A DNA stretch of 64,000 nt from Candidatus Sulfopaludibacter sp. SbA3 (GTDB taxonomy: Bacteria; Acidobacteriota; Vicinamibacteria; Vicinamibacterales; UBA2999). The position numbers were made by a program, and so were the translations under genes. The stretch spans positions 75,664 to 139,663 of the forward strand of contig CAMDNQ010000009.1 of the NCBI GenBank assembly GCA_945903265.1. Reading direction: 5' to 3'. The notes under the pieces are model-generated. The model did no database searches. It was not told the DNA's origin and saw only the letters and a program-made list of their open reading frames with translations. Below, in pieces: positions 61,222 to 64,000 of this stretch; position 1 is the first letter of the stretch, and the number at the start of each line of letters is the position of its first letter.

Positions 61222-62024
61222 GGTGTCTGCTTGATGGAGTACATCGTGCCGAGTGCCCGACCGGTGTCAATGAGATCCGCGAGGAAGTCGAACATCGCGC
61301 GCGCTTTGATCGTGCGCAATCCTGAACCGACCCCAGGCCGGTCACCCCTGTACAGGCCGCGCGCCCACATCATGTCGGACGCCGGGTTGCCTTCGGTCGT
61401 CACGCCTTGGTCAACGTCGCGCACATACAACCGGTATGTCCGGGTGCTGGCCACCCCATCCCAGTCAGTGTAGGTGCCGGTGAACTCCTTGAAATAGCGG
61501 TACGGCACACGCTTCAGCTCCTCGACATGGTGATAGAACGTCATGCTGTTGTATTCGTCGAGGTCAAGCGCGCCGACGGTGCCATCGAGCTCGCGGAGGA
61601 GGGCAAACGGCGAGTCCTCGCCGAATGCGCTGATGTTGTCAACGCCGCGAAACCGCTCCGCCTGTCCACCGATGGCTGCGAATGAATAAATGGGGTGCCC
61701 GGTGCGAACCGCGTCCGGATGCTTCCGCCCGGCCTCGGTCAGCACGCCCATTTCCGACGGGGTGTTCCGGATGTCGAACGGCAGGCCTTTGGTGAAACCA
61801 AAATTGAAGAGCGGCAGCAGCAGCGTTCCGCCGGGGCCCAGCGCGTCGAGCAAGCTCTCGAGCACGTCTTCGACGGACACCGGTCCGGCGACGCGCCTGC
61901 AGGTCCGCAGCGTGCGGATGATATTGCTGTGCAGCAACATCGTCGTGCCGGACTCGACGCCGGCGGCCGACCATTGCCGCGCGAGCATGCCGACGGCGCT
62001 CTCGGAGTGACGAGGCGCGGTCAC
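61218..62024 (-). CDS. AAC(3)-family (Antibiotic_NAT-type) N-acetyltransferase
   Basis: GTG 62024 in a GTGA overlap with the upstream stop (alternative ATG 61988). TMLLHSNI, GGTLLLPLFNF, PSEMGVLTEAGR, RTGHPIYSFAAIG. Confidence 0.78.
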   Translation of the reverse strand: MTAPRHSESAVGMLARQWSAAGVESGTTMLLHSNIIRTLRTCRRVAGPVSVEDVLESLLDALGPGGTLLLPLFNFGFTKGLPFDIRNTPSEMGVLTEAGRKHPDAVRTGHPIYSFAAIGGQAERFRGVDNISAFGEDSPFALLRELDGTVGALDLDEYNSMTFYHHVEELKRVPYRYFKEFTGTYTDWDGVASTRTYRLYVRDVDQGVTTEGNPASDMMWARGLYRGDRPGVGSGLRTIKARAMFDFLADLIDTGRALGTMYSIKQTP

Positions 62025-64000
62025 GCGCTCACGCTCCCCGCTTCGGCCGCTTCCGCGCGCGCGGGCGCGTCCCATCCGAAGAGCCGATCCAGTTCTTTGG
62101 GCGCCACGCGCCAGGGCTCGCCGACTTGCTGCGCCCCCCATGCCCCCTGCACGCCCGCCTGATCCGGCTCGACGAACAGGAACGGGTAATGCGCGCGGAG
62201 CGCCTCTCCCGAGCAGAGGGCGCAGGCCTGTTCAAGCAGCTCGGGGAACATCTTGGCGCCGTGCGTCTCCCGCATCCGCTCGCGGGGAAACTCGGCGAAC
62301 GGCCCCCAGACGGAGATTCTGGCCCCACAGTACGCGGCGATCGCGATGTGCGACCCGAAGCCATTTGTCGTCACATACTCGAAGGTCTCGAGAATCTTCC
62401 GAAGGCGCATCAAGCCGCGGGGGTCCGCCAGATCCGTGGTGGTAAACACATCGATCCCGCGGCGCCGGAACGATGTGACCCACTGGTCCTGCGCGATGTC
62501 GCCGTCGCTCAGGCCGACCCACACGTGTTCAAACCGTGAGCGGATTGCCGCAATGGCCTCGGCATAAGCCTCCGCCTCGACGTCCTCTGGTCCGTGCGTG
62601 CGGTGGCCGTGCGGCGGCATGACCAGCAGCGAATTCGGCACGCGGCGCGCACCCGACGGAGGGACATAGGTAATCGGGAGCCCGATGGCCTTGGCATGCC
62701 GGTAGCCGTGCGCCGCGAGGAACTCCGCCTGGTCAGCGCGTGCCACCCACTGCGGTACCTGCTCCCTCTCGACGCGAATCTGTCCCTCGAAATCGTACCC
62801 GTCAGACTGCCCCGCCCGCTTATGGTGGGCAAGGAGCAACGGGTGCACGTTGTGATACGCCGGGAACCAGCCGTGCATCCAGTAACCCGGCACGACACGG
62901 TCCGGAGTGCGCCCGCAGTACTCGGCGGCGACCAGATGCGCCCCGTAGGCGTGCGAAATCGTGTGCCGCTTGACGCCCGTCCGCTGTGCGCGCTTCTTCC
63001 GGCCAATGTTGTCGACGCGCGATCGGCAGAATTCGGCGAGCCGGTCGGCGTAGGTGCCGGGCTCCCTCGTGACGATTCGTTCCAGGACATCGGCACGATA
63101 CTTCGCGTGCCACTTGTGGCGGCGCCCGCTCAGCAGATCCGCGGTCTCGTCGATCATCCGATCCGCCTGATGGCACCAGCGCAACGCCGGTGAATCGCGC
63201 AGCTCCGCGACATGGGTCGTCTGCGCGGTGACATCCGGCGTGTAGCGATGCTTGCCGTCGCTATAGGCGATGGCGAGCGTCGGCTTGTCGAGGATGAGCG
63301 ATTCGATCAGGAGCGTCGACATCGGCGAGATGACGGCATCCGCCGCGGACAACAGCGCCGACAGATAGGCCATGTCGAACATCGGGCCGCGCCGCTTGAG
63401 ATACCCGGGCTCGGCCTGTTCGCGGAGGTAGCGGTCGCGCATCGCCGGGTCGAAGACGACGTGCGACCACTCGAAATCGAAAAAACTCTGTTCGTGCCTG
63501 CGGGAGGCGCGCCAGGGATGCGGTCGATACACAATCCGGGCTCGCGGCAGACGCCCATCGGCAATGGCCTGTTCGAGCCGCCGCAGCGCGGTCGTTTCGT
63601 CGAACTGGCGGAACGATCCGCCGAAGAGGACCAGCCGCTCGTCCCCGACTACCCCCAGTGATTCGCGAAGCGCCTGAACCTCGGCCGCGGGAGCGGGCGC
63701 GAGGCACTCGTACTGGGCCGCGCCCAGCAGTGCGATGCGCTTGCGAGGAATGTGCTGCAGGGTGACTGCGTGCGAGCGCGATTGCGGCCCCCAGCACCCG
63801 AGAAACGGCGTCCGTCCGTAGACTCGCCCCTTGCTCGACATATTGTCCCAGCCGCTCTGAAGCAGGACACAGGGCACCTCCACGGCCTCGCAGGCCCGGA
63901 CCACTTCGTTGCAGAACAGATCGAGCAGCGACGTCGGAACGATGCAGTAGACGGGCGTGTAGCGCGCGAGCAGATCGAGGATCGCAGGAAGCGGTTCCGT
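62021..64000 (-). CDS. divergent HP-family domain + ~315-aa uncharacterised C-terminal domain (N-terminus beyond the right window edge)
   Basis: The frame stays open from 63904 to base 64000 (..TEPLPAILDLLARYTPVYCIVPTSLLDLFCNEV..), so the track start (GTG 63904) is not the true start. LLQSGWDNMSSKGRV, IVYRPHPWRASRR, VISPMSTLLIESLILDKPT. The C-terminal domain (roughly 62021..62971) has no motif I recognise. Confidence 0.75.
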   Translation of the reverse strand, partial: TEPLPAILDLLARYTPVYCIVPTSLLDLFCNEVVRACEAVEVPCVLLQSGWDNMSSKGRVYGRTPFLGCWGPQSRSHAVTLQHIPRKRIALLGAAQYECLAPAPAAEVQALRESLGVVGDERLVLFGGSFRQFDETTALRRLEQAIADGRLPRARIVYRPHPWRASRRHEQSFFDFEWSHVVFDPAMRDRYLREQAEPGYLKRRGPMFDMAYLSALLSAADAVISPMSTLLIESLILDKPTLAIAYSDGKHRYTPDVTAQTTHVAELRDSPALRWCHQADRMIDETADLLSGRRHKWHAKYRADVLERIVTREPGTYADRLAEFCRSRVDNIGRKKRAQRTGVKRHTISHAYGAHLVAAEYCGRTPDRVVPGYWMHGWFPAYHNVHPLLLAHHKRAGQSDGYDFEGQIRVEREQVPQWVARADQAEFLAAHGYRHAKAIGLPITYVPPSGARRVPNSLLVMPPHGHRTHGPEDVEAEAYAEAIAAIRSRFEHVWVGLSDGDIAQDQWVTSFRRRGIDVFTTTDLADPRGLMRLRKILETFEYVTTNGFGSHIAIAAYCGARISVWGPFAEFPRERMRETHGAKMFPELLEQACALCSGEALRAHYPFLFVEPDQAGVQGAWGAQQVGEPWRVAPKELDRLFGWDAPARAEAAEAGSVSA

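Overview
High-GC bacterial chromosomal segment forming one uninterrupted, co-directional surface-glycan biosynthesis super-locus. I call 52 protein-coding genes, all on the minus strand; two are truncated by the window edges. Most are joined by 4-nt ATGA/GTGA stop/start overlaps. The only non-coding gap over 65 nt (10690..10830) holds a long GTTC/GAAC palindrome. I saw no rRNA, tRNA, CRISPR array, transposase or integrase. All long plus-strand ORFs in the track look like antisense shadows of minus-strand genes.

Left third: a WecA-type initiating transferase fusion, GT2/GT4 enzymes and a KpsS-like protein. It also holds an animal-type (NANS-like) nonulosonate synthase cassette with HAD phosphatase, transketolase, aldehyde dehydrogenase, SDR and cytidylyltransferase. 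Amino-sugar tailoring sets follow: DegT aminotransferases, a WbpB/E/D-like trio and acetyltransferases.

Middle and right: NeuC/NeuB/NeuA-type genes in two further groups. Most strikingly, there are 10 close plus 2 distant copies of a ~500-aa GT-B-like domain with near-invariant SWD(H/N)L..K and RPHP motifs. These copies are duplicated in tandem or fused to other domains:
- a second uncharacterised domain, GPW..E.GFE.LYW.PF (4 copies);
- a SAM-methyltransferase-like domain (2 copies);
- an FkbM methyltransferase.

I interpret this as a candidate undescribed battery of cytidine-nucleotide-dependent transferases (CMP-nonulosonate/ulosonate or CDP-alditol donors) building a heavily methylated and acylated acidic polymer. 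All family assignments come from motifs read by eye and recalled family signatures. No database search or computation was possible.
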